Positions 1 to 8,290 of a stretch of DNA of 36,316 nt are shown in pieces. Positions within the stretch are counted from its first letter, which is position 1. Each line of letters begins with the position of its first letter. The translations under genes and the position numbers were made by a program. Under the pieces are notes generated by a model. That model was given only the letters and a program-made list of their open reading frames with translations. It searched no databases and had not been told where the DNA came from. This DNA comes from Candidatus Hadarchaeota archaeon (GTDB lineage: Archaea > Hadarchaeota > Hadarchaeia > Hadarchaeales > Hadarchaeaceae): NCBI GenBank assembly GCA_040755315.1, contig JBFMBF010000012.1, forward strand, positions 1-36,316, written 5' to 3'.

Positions 1-61
1 GATAGTGCTCAAGGACTTCGTGCGGAAGCTGCCTTCCTTGGTACAATTGTTTCTCGCCCAT
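1..61 (-). CDS. N-terminus of an unknown gene running off the left edge
   Basis: ATG at 61 preceded by GGAG; frame MGEKQLYQGRQLPHEVLEHY is open to the window edge. Confidence 0.45.
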   Translation of the reverse strand, partial: MGEKQLYQGRQLPHEVLEHY

Positions 62-150
62 GTGCTCCAATATTCACTGTAACGGACCTCCTATAAAGCT
101 AACATAAATTACGCAAATCACAATAATATGCCGCGGCGAGAGAGTGGAAT

Positions 151-732
151 TTGGGTCGCATGAAAAAAGCCACCAGGGTAGAGGTTGCGAGATTCGTCAT
201 TGGGCTGCTGCTGATCGGTTACCCGATTCTTGCCCTGGCTTTCGCCGGCGTCTCGATTTCATTGTTTCCGGCGGCAATAATCGGCACCCCACTGTTATAT
301 AGCATGATCCTGTTGATTGCCGCTGGCATCTATTTCCTCATCATTCCAAAAGTCAGGAAGTTAGATGCCTTGGTGGTTGTAATTGCCGTTGTGGGTATCC
401 TAATCTCTCACAGTGTCGTTTCCGGATTCGGGGCGGGGTCGACTGGGTCGGCCATAACCGGCACGATCCCGTTTCAGGTGAAGATACTCGGCGAGAATGC
501 GGCCCCGCTGGCGGGCATCGAGGTTGATATCGCCGAAACTCCCGGACCACCCCCGGAGGGTGGGGTAGCAACAACTGATGAAAATGGCGTGGCTCAATTC
601 ACCCTGAAAGCAGGGAAATATTGGGTCTTTTTCAACACGAATAATTTTCCCCAAGCATATGTGCAGCCGAATCCAGTCCAGATCAGCGTGCCAGGGGACG
701 GAGAAAAAGAAATAACTCTTGCTAGAAAATAG
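151..732 (+). CDS. Membrane protein with C-terminal carboxypeptidase-regulatory/prealbumin-like beta domain
   Basis: Three hydrophobic helices, then PLAGIEV...TTDENGVAQFTLKAGKYWV; the start may be ATG 160. Confidence 0.7.
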   Translation: MGRMKKATRVEVARFVIGLLLIGYPILALAFAGVSISLFPAAIIGTPLLYSMILLIAAGIYFLIIPKVRKLDALVVVIAVVGILISHSVVSGFGAGSTGSAITGTIPFQVKILGENAAPLAGIEVDIAETPGPPPEGGVATTDENGVAQFTLKAGKYWVFFNTNNFPQAYVQPNPVQISVPGDGEKEITLARK

Positions 733-735
733 TTT

Positions 736-1353
736 TCAAGATTTTTCGTCAGGTTTGGAATCTCCGGAAGGTGGTGTCTTTCCCGACTTGTTTTTATCCT
801 CCTCTTGGGTCCGGGACTCCTCCTTCCCGAGGAGAAGCCCAAGCAGAGTCTTCTGGTCAACCTCTGCCCTGACCCTCCACCCCATGTAAACAAGCCCGGC
901 ATCGTCCTCTGATAGGTAGCCGCGCCGGATGAACCTGTCCAGAGTCGACTCGACCCTCCATCGCGGGAACTTTTCCTCCAACACCCGCTCTATCTCCTTC
1001 AGCGGCGCCTTCCCGCCTTTCGCGAGGACATGCGCTAGGGTGACCGTGAGTATGGCCATGTCGTCTATCCTCCACCCGAAAGTCCTCCCCTCCGTCAGGA
1101 CCGGGTGACCCTTCAGGGTTATGTAAAATCTGTCGGAGTCGGAGCCAGCCTCCCCCTCCGAAAGAACTTTCAGCTGCAGCCCTAGCTTTGAAATCTCATC
1201 GTCAAACATCTTCAGCACTTGCTCGTAGTTCCTGCCGAGGGCCCTCCTGAGCTCCCATCTTTTCGCCCCGGGCTCAACATGATGGCGGTAGAACAACAGC
1301 TGGGCCGCCCTCGCAAGCTTCTGCCTTGCCTCCACGATATTCTCTTCAGCCAC
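736..1353 (-). CDS. Kite-type (ScpB/Nse1/Nse3-like) tandem winged-helix protein
   Basis: 205 aa; LDRFIRRGYL...VYMGWRVRAEV resembles the Nse1/MAGE WH-B end; last gene of an SMC-kleisin operon with overlapping ORFs. Confidence 0.7.
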   Translation of the reverse strand: MAEENIVEARQKLARAAQLLFYRHHVEPGAKRWELRRALGRNYEQVLKMFDDEISKLGLQLKVLSEGEAGSDSDRFYITLKGHPVLTEGRTFGWRIDDMAILTVTLAHVLAKGGKAPLKEIERVLEEKFPRWRVESTLDRFIRRGYLSEDDAGLVYMGWRVRAEVDQKTLLGLLLGKEESRTQEEDKNKSGKTPPSGDSKPDEKS

Positions 1354-2134
1354 CCTTCTGCCTCCTCATCCACTCATCCCTCGATATCGAAATCGGAACT
1401 GAAAAAGTCTGCGCACGCTCCGGCCTCTGGGGCTTCGGGAGCGGCTTGATGGACGGCTCCTCATCCAGCGGCTTGAGCTCGAGGGTGGCGTAGCCGTAAC
1501 TCACGAGAAAGCTGACAAGCCAGGCTCTGAAGGCCGTTCGCTCGAAACTTTTCTCCATTATAAAGTCCCAGTACTTCACCTCGCCGCCGCCCGCCGCCTC
1601 CTTCAGGTCCCGCCAGGCCTTGTCCAAGACCGCGACAAAGTCCTCCTCGGAGAGTATCCCCATCTTGGCCAGCTCCTTCCTCGCGAACTCCCCCGTCATC
1701 ACCTCCGTCACATCGAGCTCGCGCCACCTCTCCCCCAGTGGAGGGAGGGCCGTCCAGTACTCCTTGGCCTCCAGAATCCCGGGAGGAGATATCGCTTCAA
1801 TCTCAACTATCGGGTGCCATGAGCTGGAGAAAACCTCCGCAAGATCCTGCGGGGAAAGGGCGTGCAGCTTCAACATTATCAGGAGTGGGTCTAGATAGAG
1901 GACAGAGGACTTGTGCTTAATCCACTCCCCCTGCTGGAATACCACGTCCGCCAGACCGAGCAACGCTTGGACATCCAAATACATGTCCTCATGGCTCTTG
2001 ATCTTGGGAAGAAGCTCCCTCAGCCTATCGAAGAACTCCCTCACCTGCACATCGAAGGGGTCCAGACCCCTGCTCCTAACGGACTCGCAGAGGTCTATCA
2101 CCCTGAGCAAAAGTTCCTGGCGCTCTTTCGTCAT
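1346..2134 (-). CDS. Kleisin-like (ScpA/Nse4-like) protein
   Basis: N-terminal GLDPFDVQV matches KLDPWDVDI of the ScpA in this window; C-terminal WH pattern (VKYWDFI...AFRAWLVSFLVSYGYATLE) parallels the ScpA C-terminus. Confidence 0.75.
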   Translation of the reverse strand: MTKERQELLLRVIDLCESVRSRGLDPFDVQVREFFDRLRELLPKIKSHEDMYLDVQALLGLADVVFQQGEWIKHKSSVLYLDPLLIMLKLHALSPQDLAEVFSSSWHPIVEIEAISPPGILEAKEYWTALPPLGERWRELDVTEVMTGEFARKELAKMGILSEEDFVAVLDKAWRDLKEAAGGGEVKYWDFIMEKSFERTAFRAWLVSFLVSYGYATLELKPLDEEPSIKPLPKPQRPERAQTFSVPISISRDEWMRRQKGG

Positions 2135-4041
2135 TTGGTGGCCACCTTCACCTTTGACGACCCGGCGATGTTCTGGACTGTCACGACGTTCGGGACCCCT
2201 TCCACAGTGACCAGCTGCCCAGGAGTGATGACTATGTACTGGGTCTCGCTCCCCTTCATGAACTCTATTATCCCGCGGAAGACCGCCTCCCGGTTGCGCG
2301 GATCAAGATGGGCCTCAAACTCATCTATTGCTCTAAGGGGGGACTTGATGCGGTGCTGCAGGGCGAGCAGGAAGCACATGAGGGCGGTGGTTCTCTCACC
2401 CCCGCTCTGGGTGTAAGCGTCTAGAACCCTGGGCTCGGCGCCCCTGAACCCCACCATTAGCTCAAGCCCGGCCGCCTCTATGTCCTGAGGGTTCTTCATG
2501 TTTATGTCGCCGGCTGCGTCCACCCTTTTCAGGATTTCGGCGTAAGTCTCATTGACATCATTGAGAAGTTTTGTGATCTCGGCTGTCCATCGGCGCCTCC
2601 TGATGTCCAGCTCCTCCATCGCCCTCTTCCTGTTTGCCTCGGCAATCTCGGCCTTCGCCCTGAGTTCTTTCATTGTGCCCTTGTAGCTCAGATACATCTT
2701 TTCCACCTCTGGAGAGACATCTGTAAGCGTGGCAAGCTGGACGTTGATTATCTTCAGCTCATCCAGAACATCCTGCGGCTTCCGCTCCGTCTCCGCCCGC
2801 TCCCCAAAGCCCTTGGCCTCCTCCTCAAGCTTATCCAGTTCCCTCCTCGCCTGCCTGAGGTCGGACTGTACTGACGATGCCTCCTTCTCCAGAAGCTCCC
2901 TGCGGACTCCTAGCACCGCCACCCTGACCCTTGAGCCGATGTAGATTTCTCTCGCCTTCTCAATCTTGCCCTTTGTTTCAACTATGACTGACCTCGTCAA
3001 CTTTATCTTTCCCTCAATCTCGCCCGAAAGCTTCCTGCTGCGGACGACCTCGGCCTTCAGATACCCCACGGCATCACTGACCACGGCGCGAAGCGATTTG
3101 TCGAGCCCCTCCAAAAGTTTTGTGCTCGCACCCAGCTCCGCCTGTGTCCTCTCCTGCTCGATCAGGCGCTGGTAGGAGGAGTCCAACTCAAACTCAAGCT
3201 CCTTCAGCTTTTCCCCGGTCTCTTCCTCCTTCTTTGAGGCCTTGTCCATCTCCCCTGAAATCTCCGACAGCTCCGAAGTCAGAGCATCCAACTTGGACTT
3301 CAGGCCATCGACGGAGTCCTTCTGCCTAAAGTACTTGGCCCACGCATACTCTAGCTCAAGCGACTTCTTTTTCTCCCCCAGTTCCAGCTTTCGCCTGAAC
3401 CTATGGTACTCCCCCTCCCAGTACTTGAGTGTCTCCTGTGCCTTTTCCAGAAGGCTTTTGGTTGACTCGGCCTCGCTCAAGGCGTGGGTGAGTTTTTCCT
3501 TCGCCTCGATGATCCTTTCCCTGTACTCCTTGAACCCAACGGCCTCCTCCACAAGCTTCAGCTTCTCCTTTGGATCGACGGCGCCGAAGATGTCTATCAT
3601 GTTCTGGTGCATTATTATCAGCATGTTGTCGGGGTTTATCGAGAGCCTCCCGAAAAGGCGGAGGACCTCTTCCCTCATGGCCCGGCGGTTGTTGACCTCA
3701 TGCCAGTAGGTTCCGTCCTGGCTCAGATAGCGGGAGACCACCAAGGTGTCCGAGTCCACGCTTGGGACGGGTCGCCTCCCTGCTTTCGGGGAATTGTCAA
3801 ATACCACGCTAACCCGCCCAAGGTCCTTTCCCCTTCGTATTAGGTCGCCGAGCCTCCTGGAGCGCTCGGTGTATGTCTGGCCTAGGGCCACTGCTAGGGC
3901 CAGCAGGATGGAGGACTTTCCCGCGCCGTTCGGACCGCATATCACATTTAGGCCGGGCTTCAGAGGGATCCGGCTATAAGTGTGACTCATGAAATTCTCG
4001 AGTATTAGCTCTTTCAACTGGACGCCATAATCCTGCGGCAA
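2131..4041 (-). CDS. SMC5/6-related (ClsN-like) short SMC ATPase
   Basis: Walker A GPNGAGKS, Q-loop (IIMHQ), long coiled coil, signature QSGGER, Walker B/D-loop RAIDEFEAHLD; 636 aa. Confidence 0.85.
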   Translation of the reverse strand: MPQDYGVQLKELILENFMSHTYSRIPLKPGLNVICGPNGAGKSSILLALAVALGQTYTERSRRLGDLIRRGKDLGRVSVVFDNSPKAGRRPVPSVDSDTLVVSRYLSQDGTYWHEVNNRRAMREEVLRLFGRLSINPDNMLIIMHQNMIDIFGAVDPKEKLKLVEEAVGFKEYRERIIEAKEKLTHALSEAESTKSLLEKAQETLKYWEGEYHRFRRKLELGEKKKSLELEYAWAKYFRQKDSVDGLKSKLDALTSELSEISGEMDKASKKEEETGEKLKELEFELDSSYQRLIEQERTQAELGASTKLLEGLDKSLRAVVSDAVGYLKAEVVRSRKLSGEIEGKIKLTRSVIVETKGKIEKAREIYIGSRVRVAVLGVRRELLEKEASSVQSDLRQARRELDKLEEEAKGFGERAETERKPQDVLDELKIINVQLATLTDVSPEVEKMYLSYKGTMKELRAKAEIAEANRKRAMEELDIRRRRWTAEITKLLNDVNETYAEILKRVDAAGDINMKNPQDIEAAGLELMVGFRGAEPRVLDAYTQSGGERTTALMCFLLALQHRIKSPLRAIDEFEAHLDPRNREAVFRGIIEFMKGSETQYIVITPGQLVTVEGVPNVVTVQNIAGSSKVKVATK

Positions 4042-4069
4042 GTCAATCTAACAAAATTCCCCCACCCAC

Positions 4070-4077
4070 CTTTAAAG
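4070..4077. promoter_or_regulatory. Palindromic TATA-box candidate between divergent genes
   Basis: CTTTAAAG lies about 30 nt from both the 4041 and 4108 starts. Confidence 0.45.
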
Positions 4078-4107
4078 CAGTCGGAGAGAGTTCTTAGCGG
4101 TGCCGCG

Positions 4108-4815
4108 ATGGTGCTAGTGGCAAAAATATTTGAGCTCAAGGAGCGCTTGGACATGACGACGACGGCTAGGAAGCTCAAGGACTTCAAGGAGGAGCAGCCT
4201 CACGAGGCGCCCGGCGGGAAGAAGACGAAGCTGACGACCGAGGTTCTGGACATGCAGGCTGGACGGGACTCTGTTTCAGGGGTCTTCAGCAGGGATTTCG
4301 TCCTGAGCCGCTACTACAAGCGGGGGCTGGTGGAGACGATTGTAACAGAGGAGGTGCCTTTCTGGATCAAGAGCCACAAGGGGCGCTACTTCCTCATAGT
4401 TCTCGCGCCGTCGAAGGCCAGAGGGGTAAAAAAACTTCTCACAAGCTATGTGGCAAACAAGATCAGCGAGATACTGTTCATAAAGCCCGGGGCGGTCGTT
4501 GAGTGCAAAATCACTCACGAGACCCTCAAGAAGCTGCACGAGTCGAACCCAGGCGCCACCAAGCTGATCTGGTTCGACGAGGTGGACATCCCCGGCGTTG
4601 GGAAGCTTGCGCTGGCGGGCTCAGGCCTGGCGGACACGAAGCTCTACCGGGATTACCTAGAACACGGGCGGCTGTGGTATGTCATGTTCGAGATAAGGGA
4701 GCGGGGGCTGGCTGTCGGGATAACCAGAAGTTGCGTGGTTACGCTATTCAGCCGCTCGGAGCAGAAGGAGTTCCTGCAGTACGTGATGGAAAACATCGTC
4801 CCCCTCATCTCGTGA
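4108..4815 (+). CDS. Hypothetical protein divergent from the SMC5/6-like operon
   Basis: 235-aa ORF with host-like codon usage and a globular alpha/beta pattern; family not recognised. Confidence 0.8.
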   Translation: MVLVAKIFELKERLDMTTTARKLKDFKEEQPHEAPGGKKTKLTTEVLDMQAGRDSVSGVFSRDFVLSRYYKRGLVETIVTEEVPFWIKSHKGRYFLIVLAPSKARGVKKLLTSYVANKISEILFIKPGAVVECKITHETLKKLHESNPGATKLIWFDEVDIPGVGKLALAGSGLADTKLYRDYLEHGRLWYVMFEIRERGLAVGITRSCVVTLFSRSEQKEFLQYVMENIVPLIS

Positions 4816-4890
4816 AAAACCGACGTACAAAATTGGCGCACAATGCCTGGATTATATAGTTGAAATGAGAAATATTATTTTTGGACCAGC

Positions 4891-5694
4891 ATGCCAAAGG
4901 CAGACCTTCACGTCAGGACCACTGCTTCACTTGGGAAGATCACGCCAACAGGGGCTGTTGACGCTGCCAAGAAAAAAAGAATCGCCGCAATCGCCATTGT
5001 CGACCACGAGTGCGTGGACGGGGTGATAGGGGCCACGGAGGCCGGAGCCCTGCGCGGCGTTGAGGTCATCCCCGGGGTGGAGCTTACCTATGAGACGGAC
5101 AAGGAGGAGGCCCACATAATCGGGTACTTCATCAACCCACACACACCAAGGTTGCGCCTTGAGCTCGCGAAAAACCAGATGATCAGGATACAGCAGGTGG
5201 CGGACACCCTGGAAAAGCTGCAGGACCTCGGGATAAAGCTCGCTTACGAGAATGTGATGCACGAGGTTGACGGCGCGGCGTCGGTTTCCCGCATGCACAT
5301 AGCCAGGCACATGGCAAGGCTGAGGATGGTTAAAGACCCGAAAGAGGCGCTCGACAAGTACCTGGGCCGGGGGAAGCCGGCTTACGTGCAGAGGGACCAG
5401 ATGCCGCTGGCGACCCTGCTCGACTTCATCAGGGAGGCAGGGGGGGTGCCGGCTCTGGCTCACCCTAAGTTCGGCGGGGCGGAGGCACTGCTGCCCGAGC
5501 TCGTACAGGAGGGGATAAAGGCGCTCGAAGTCTACCACCCGTTCCACACAAAGGAAGACACTGAGCGATACCGGCAAATCGCGAAGAAATATGGTCTGAT
5601 CGAGGTCGGGGGCACCGACTCTGGGTCCGGATGTGTGGGGGATGCCACGGTCCCGTACAGTACTGTTAACAAGCTGAAGAAGCTGACAAAGTAA
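4891..5694 (+). CDS. PHP-domain phosphoesterase (TrpH/YciV-like), paralog 1, with degenerate metal sites
   Basis: DLHVRT, IAIVDHE, IPGVE, HIIGY, RMH, LAHP, GGTD motifs. Confidence 0.85.
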   Translation: MPKADLHVRTTASLGKITPTGAVDAAKKKRIAAIAIVDHECVDGVIGATEAGALRGVEVIPGVELTYETDKEEAHIIGYFINPHTPRLRLELAKNQMIRIQQVADTLEKLQDLGIKLAYENVMHEVDGAASVSRMHIARHMARLRMVKDPKEALDKYLGRGKPAYVQRDQMPLATLLDFIREAGGVPALAHPKFGGAEALLPELVQEGIKALEVYHPFHTKEDTERYRQIAKKYGLIEVGGTDSGSGCVGDATVPYSTVNKLKKLTK

Positions 5695-5799
5695 GGCGCA
5701 AACGCCGGACAAGCCAAAAAAACTACAAAATGCTCAAAATTGCACGCTTTAGCATCTTCCAATACATTTATTCAGGCCCGTTTCCATAAATCGTTGTGG

Positions 5800-6645
5800 A
5801 TGGTTGGAAAGAAAGCCGACCTCCACGTCCGCACGACTGCGACTACAGGCAGAGTGCGACCATCGGAGGCTGTGAAATTAGCTAAAGAGATGGGGCTGGC
5901 AGCTATAGCCATAGTGGATCACGACACTGTTGAAGGAGTTCCAGAGGCTGTTGAAGCTGGAAAAGCCTACGGCGTCGAGGTAATCCCTGGAGTAGAAATA
6001 ACTTTTGAAGAGGAAGGAGTCGAGGCCCACATAATAGGCTACTTCATAGACTGGCGGCACCCCGCTCTGCTCTCGGAGATAAGCCGGTCTCAGGTCTCCA
6101 GGGCCTGGAGGATCAAAGGGACAATAGAAAAGCTACAGGAAATGGGAGTTAGGATTACGTATAACGATGTCGTGAAGATTGCGGGGGACGCGGCCGTCAT
6201 GGGGAGAACCCACATAGCCGAGGCCCTGGTGAAATCTGGCGCCGTAAAGTCCATAGGGGAAGCATTCAGCCGATACCTTGCGCCTAGGAAGCCTGCCTAT
6301 GTTCCTAAGTACCAGCTACCTGTGGGGGAGTTGATAGGGCTGGTAACAAGGGCGGGCGGGGTGACGGCGCTAGCCCACCCGAAGTTTGGCGGCGCTGAAT
6401 CCATTTTACCTGAGCTTGTCAAGAGTGGGTTGGCGGGCCTCGAGGTATATCACCCTTACCATGAGCCTGCTGATGTCCGCAAATTTCAAGGCTTGGCCAA
6501 AAAATATGGGCTGGTAGAAGTGGGCGGGACGGACTCTGAAGCCAAAAGGTCGCCGGTTGGCACGATAACCGTCCCGTACAAGGCCGTTGAAAGCCTCAAA
6601 TCAGAAAAAACCATGCCAAAGAAGCTGAAGAAGCTCCTGAAGTAG
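5800..6645 (+). CDS. PHP-domain phosphoesterase (TrpH/YciV-like), paralog 2
   Basis: Same motifs as paralog 1; ATG 5800 chosen by alignment to it. Confidence 0.85.
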   Translation: MVGKKADLHVRTTATTGRVRPSEAVKLAKEMGLAAIAIVDHDTVEGVPEAVEAGKAYGVEVIPGVEITFEEEGVEAHIIGYFIDWRHPALLSEISRSQVSRAWRIKGTIEKLQEMGVRITYNDVVKIAGDAAVMGRTHIAEALVKSGAVKSIGEAFSRYLAPRKPAYVPKYQLPVGELIGLVTRAGGVTALAHPKFGGAESILPELVKSGLAGLEVYHPYHEPADVRKFQGLAKKYGLVEVGGTDSEAKRSPVGTITVPYKAVESLKSEKTMPKKLKKLLK

Positions 6646-6761
6646 GCTATCCCTTAGTTTCCCCTTCTTCCTTGATATCGGCAAATGCCGTGAAAAAATG
6701 AAAAAGACGCTATTTTTATACCCTATGTCTGCCACTGTAAGTTGTCGGAGGGGAACGAAAA

Positions 6762-6905
6762 ATGATGAGCTTTACTCAGAAGCTACGAGTGGGCTTGGCC
6801 TTTTACCAGCTCTACAGGGAGCACTCGACGGTTCGCGGGTACTCAAAGCTCATGTCACACTTCGCTCCCAAGAGCTACCGAGAGATGCTCAAGTTATTGA
6901 ACTAG
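6762..6905 (+). CDS. Candidate 47-aa small protein (not in the ORF track)
   Basis: ATG..TAG frame MMSFTQKLRVGLAFYQLYREHSTVRGYSKLMSHFAPKSYREMLKLLN, upstream GGAGG and TTTTTATA; fills the intergenic gap. Confidence 0.5.
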   Translation: MMSFTQKLRVGLAFYQLYREHSTVRGYSKLMSHFAPKSYREMLKLLN

Positions 6906-7816
6906 TCCTTGAACAGTTCCCTTGCATATTCCCTTACGCGTTTCTCTCGCAGTATTTCATATGGCATGAAAGGCATCACCAGCAGCTTCAGGTCGTTGTA
7001 CTCCTGCTTTATCAAGTCCAAGTTTTCTTCCTGCTCCTTTCTTTTCATGGTGCAGAAGTTGCATTTGCAGGGCAAAAGCATCTTGTTGACCACCGCCCGC
7101 TTGACAGTAATGTGATGGGCTTCCGCCGCTTCCTTGAGCTGCTTGGCCTCGAATATTGAGAGCTGTTCCGGGTTCATGACCAAGATGAGCTCGGTCTGGG
7201 AGTCGGCCAGCATTTTCTCCACTTTTTCCACTGTCCTCCCCAGGTTCTCCACGGCCTTCAGAAGCTGCGGCTCTGGACCCCCGAATGCTGCCCTGATGGC
7301 TTGGAGCGGGTGAGCAAGCTTATACAGGGCTGCGAACTTCCCGTGGAAAGCCTCGCTCAGCTTTTTGGACAGGCCCAGCAGACGCAGGGTATGGGTGGTC
7401 GGGCTCGTGTCCCAGACGACGACTTCATGTTCATCATCCACAAGCCTTCGTATCTTGTCAAGGGCTAGGAGCTCGTCGGCGCCGCTCAGTATGTGGAGAG
7501 GAAGGCTCTTGGCGGTCTCCTCGTCCAGCCATGAGGAAAGGGCGTCCGCCAGAACATCCTTGTACTCCGTTTCTACTTTAGTGGCGATCTTCTCGACGTC
7601 TATCTCCATGGCGTCCAAGTTCTTAGTTATCTTGGTGATTTTGTTACCGACCTTCTTGTTGAATATTCTCGAGAGGGCCTGGACCGGGTCGCTGGAAACC
7701 AGAAGAGTCTTTTTCCCAGTCTCAGAGAAGTACGTGGCTATGGCTGAAGCCACCGTGCTTTTCCCGACTCCTCCCTTGCCGCTGCAAAGGATCAGCCTGG
7801 CCTTTCGCTTGGGCAT
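6902..7816 (-). CDS. arsA: ArsA/GET3-family ATPase (single domain)
   Basis: GKGGVGKS, SSDP, DTSPTTHTLRLL, VVNK and C-terminal CKCNFC. Confidence 0.9.
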   Translation of the reverse strand: MPKRKARLILCSGKGGVGKSTVASAIATYFSETGKKTLLVSSDPVQALSRIFNKKVGNKITKITKNLDAMEIDVEKIATKVETEYKDVLADALSSWLDEETAKSLPLHILSGADELLALDKIRRLVDDEHEVVVWDTSPTTHTLRLLGLSKKLSEAFHGKFAALYKLAHPLQAIRAAFGGPEPQLLKAVENLGRTVEKVEKMLADSQTELILVMNPEQLSIFEAKQLKEAAEAHHITVKRAVVNKMLLPCKCNFCTMKRKEQEENLDLIKQEYNDLKLLVMPFMPYEILREKRVREYARELFKD

Positions 7817-7837
7817 GGAAACACCCCTACGCCAGCT

Positions 7838-8083
7838 CTAGGCCTTCTTCAGCCTTACGACAAAGCTGATGGGAACCTTCTTTTTCTTCCCGCCGGCGTT
7901 GACCTTTACTTCCATCTCTCCCTGCTGAATCTTGGCGGCTATTTTCTCGATAATATCGGTCTGGCCCTTCTTTGCCGCCTCTGCAGCCTGGTCAAGGAGT
8001 TTCCCAAGTCCCAAGCTCTCCAACAGGGGGATAACGTTAAGGTTTATCTCCAAAGCCGGACGCTTTTCCTTTTTCTTCAGCAT
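7838..8083 (-). CDS. Small basic hypothetical protein upstream of the ArsA/GET3 gene
   Basis: 81 aa, GGAGG RBS, 21 nt from the arsA start. Confidence 0.65.
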   Translation of the reverse strand: MLKKKEKRPALEINLNVIPLLESLGLGKLLDQAAEAAKKGQTDIIEKIAAKIQQGEMEVKVNAGGKKKKVPISFVVRLKKA

Positions 8084-8171
8084 TTTACCCCTCCTTTGCC
8101 TCCTTTGGAATAATGGGAACTAGGCCTTTTAACACCCATAGTCTGGATGGACCCTTTAAAAAACGCTGAAG

Positions 8172-8266
8172 TGGTGCGGCGGGCGGGATTTGGACCCGCG
8201 TAGCAGGCTTGGGAAGCCTGAGTCTCTTGGCAGCTTTTGGCTTTAACCAGGCTGGACCACCGCCGC
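8172..8266 (-). tRNA. tRNA-Gly(CCC) with an 18-nt BHB intron at 21/22 (8226-8243); CCA encoded
   Basis: Acceptor GCGGCGG/CCGCCGC-ACCA, anticodon arm CAGGC-TTCCCAA-GCCTG, BHB TGGT-TA^A...GCCA-AG^A. Confidence 0.92.
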
Positions 8267-8290
8267 CCGAAGACTACTTCACCAAGAAAC

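Noticed and set aside
736..4815. Wadjet/MksBEFG or Rad50-Mre11 system
   Set aside because: No Toprim/JetD or Mre11 motifs, no zinc hook, and head motifs are Smc5/6-like
6762..6800. C/D box sRNA starting at ATGATGA
   Set aside because: No properly spaced CTGA D box; a small ORF explains the sequence better
6902..7816. Arsenic resistance operon
   Set aside because: No arsB/acr3, arsC, arsD or arsR nearby
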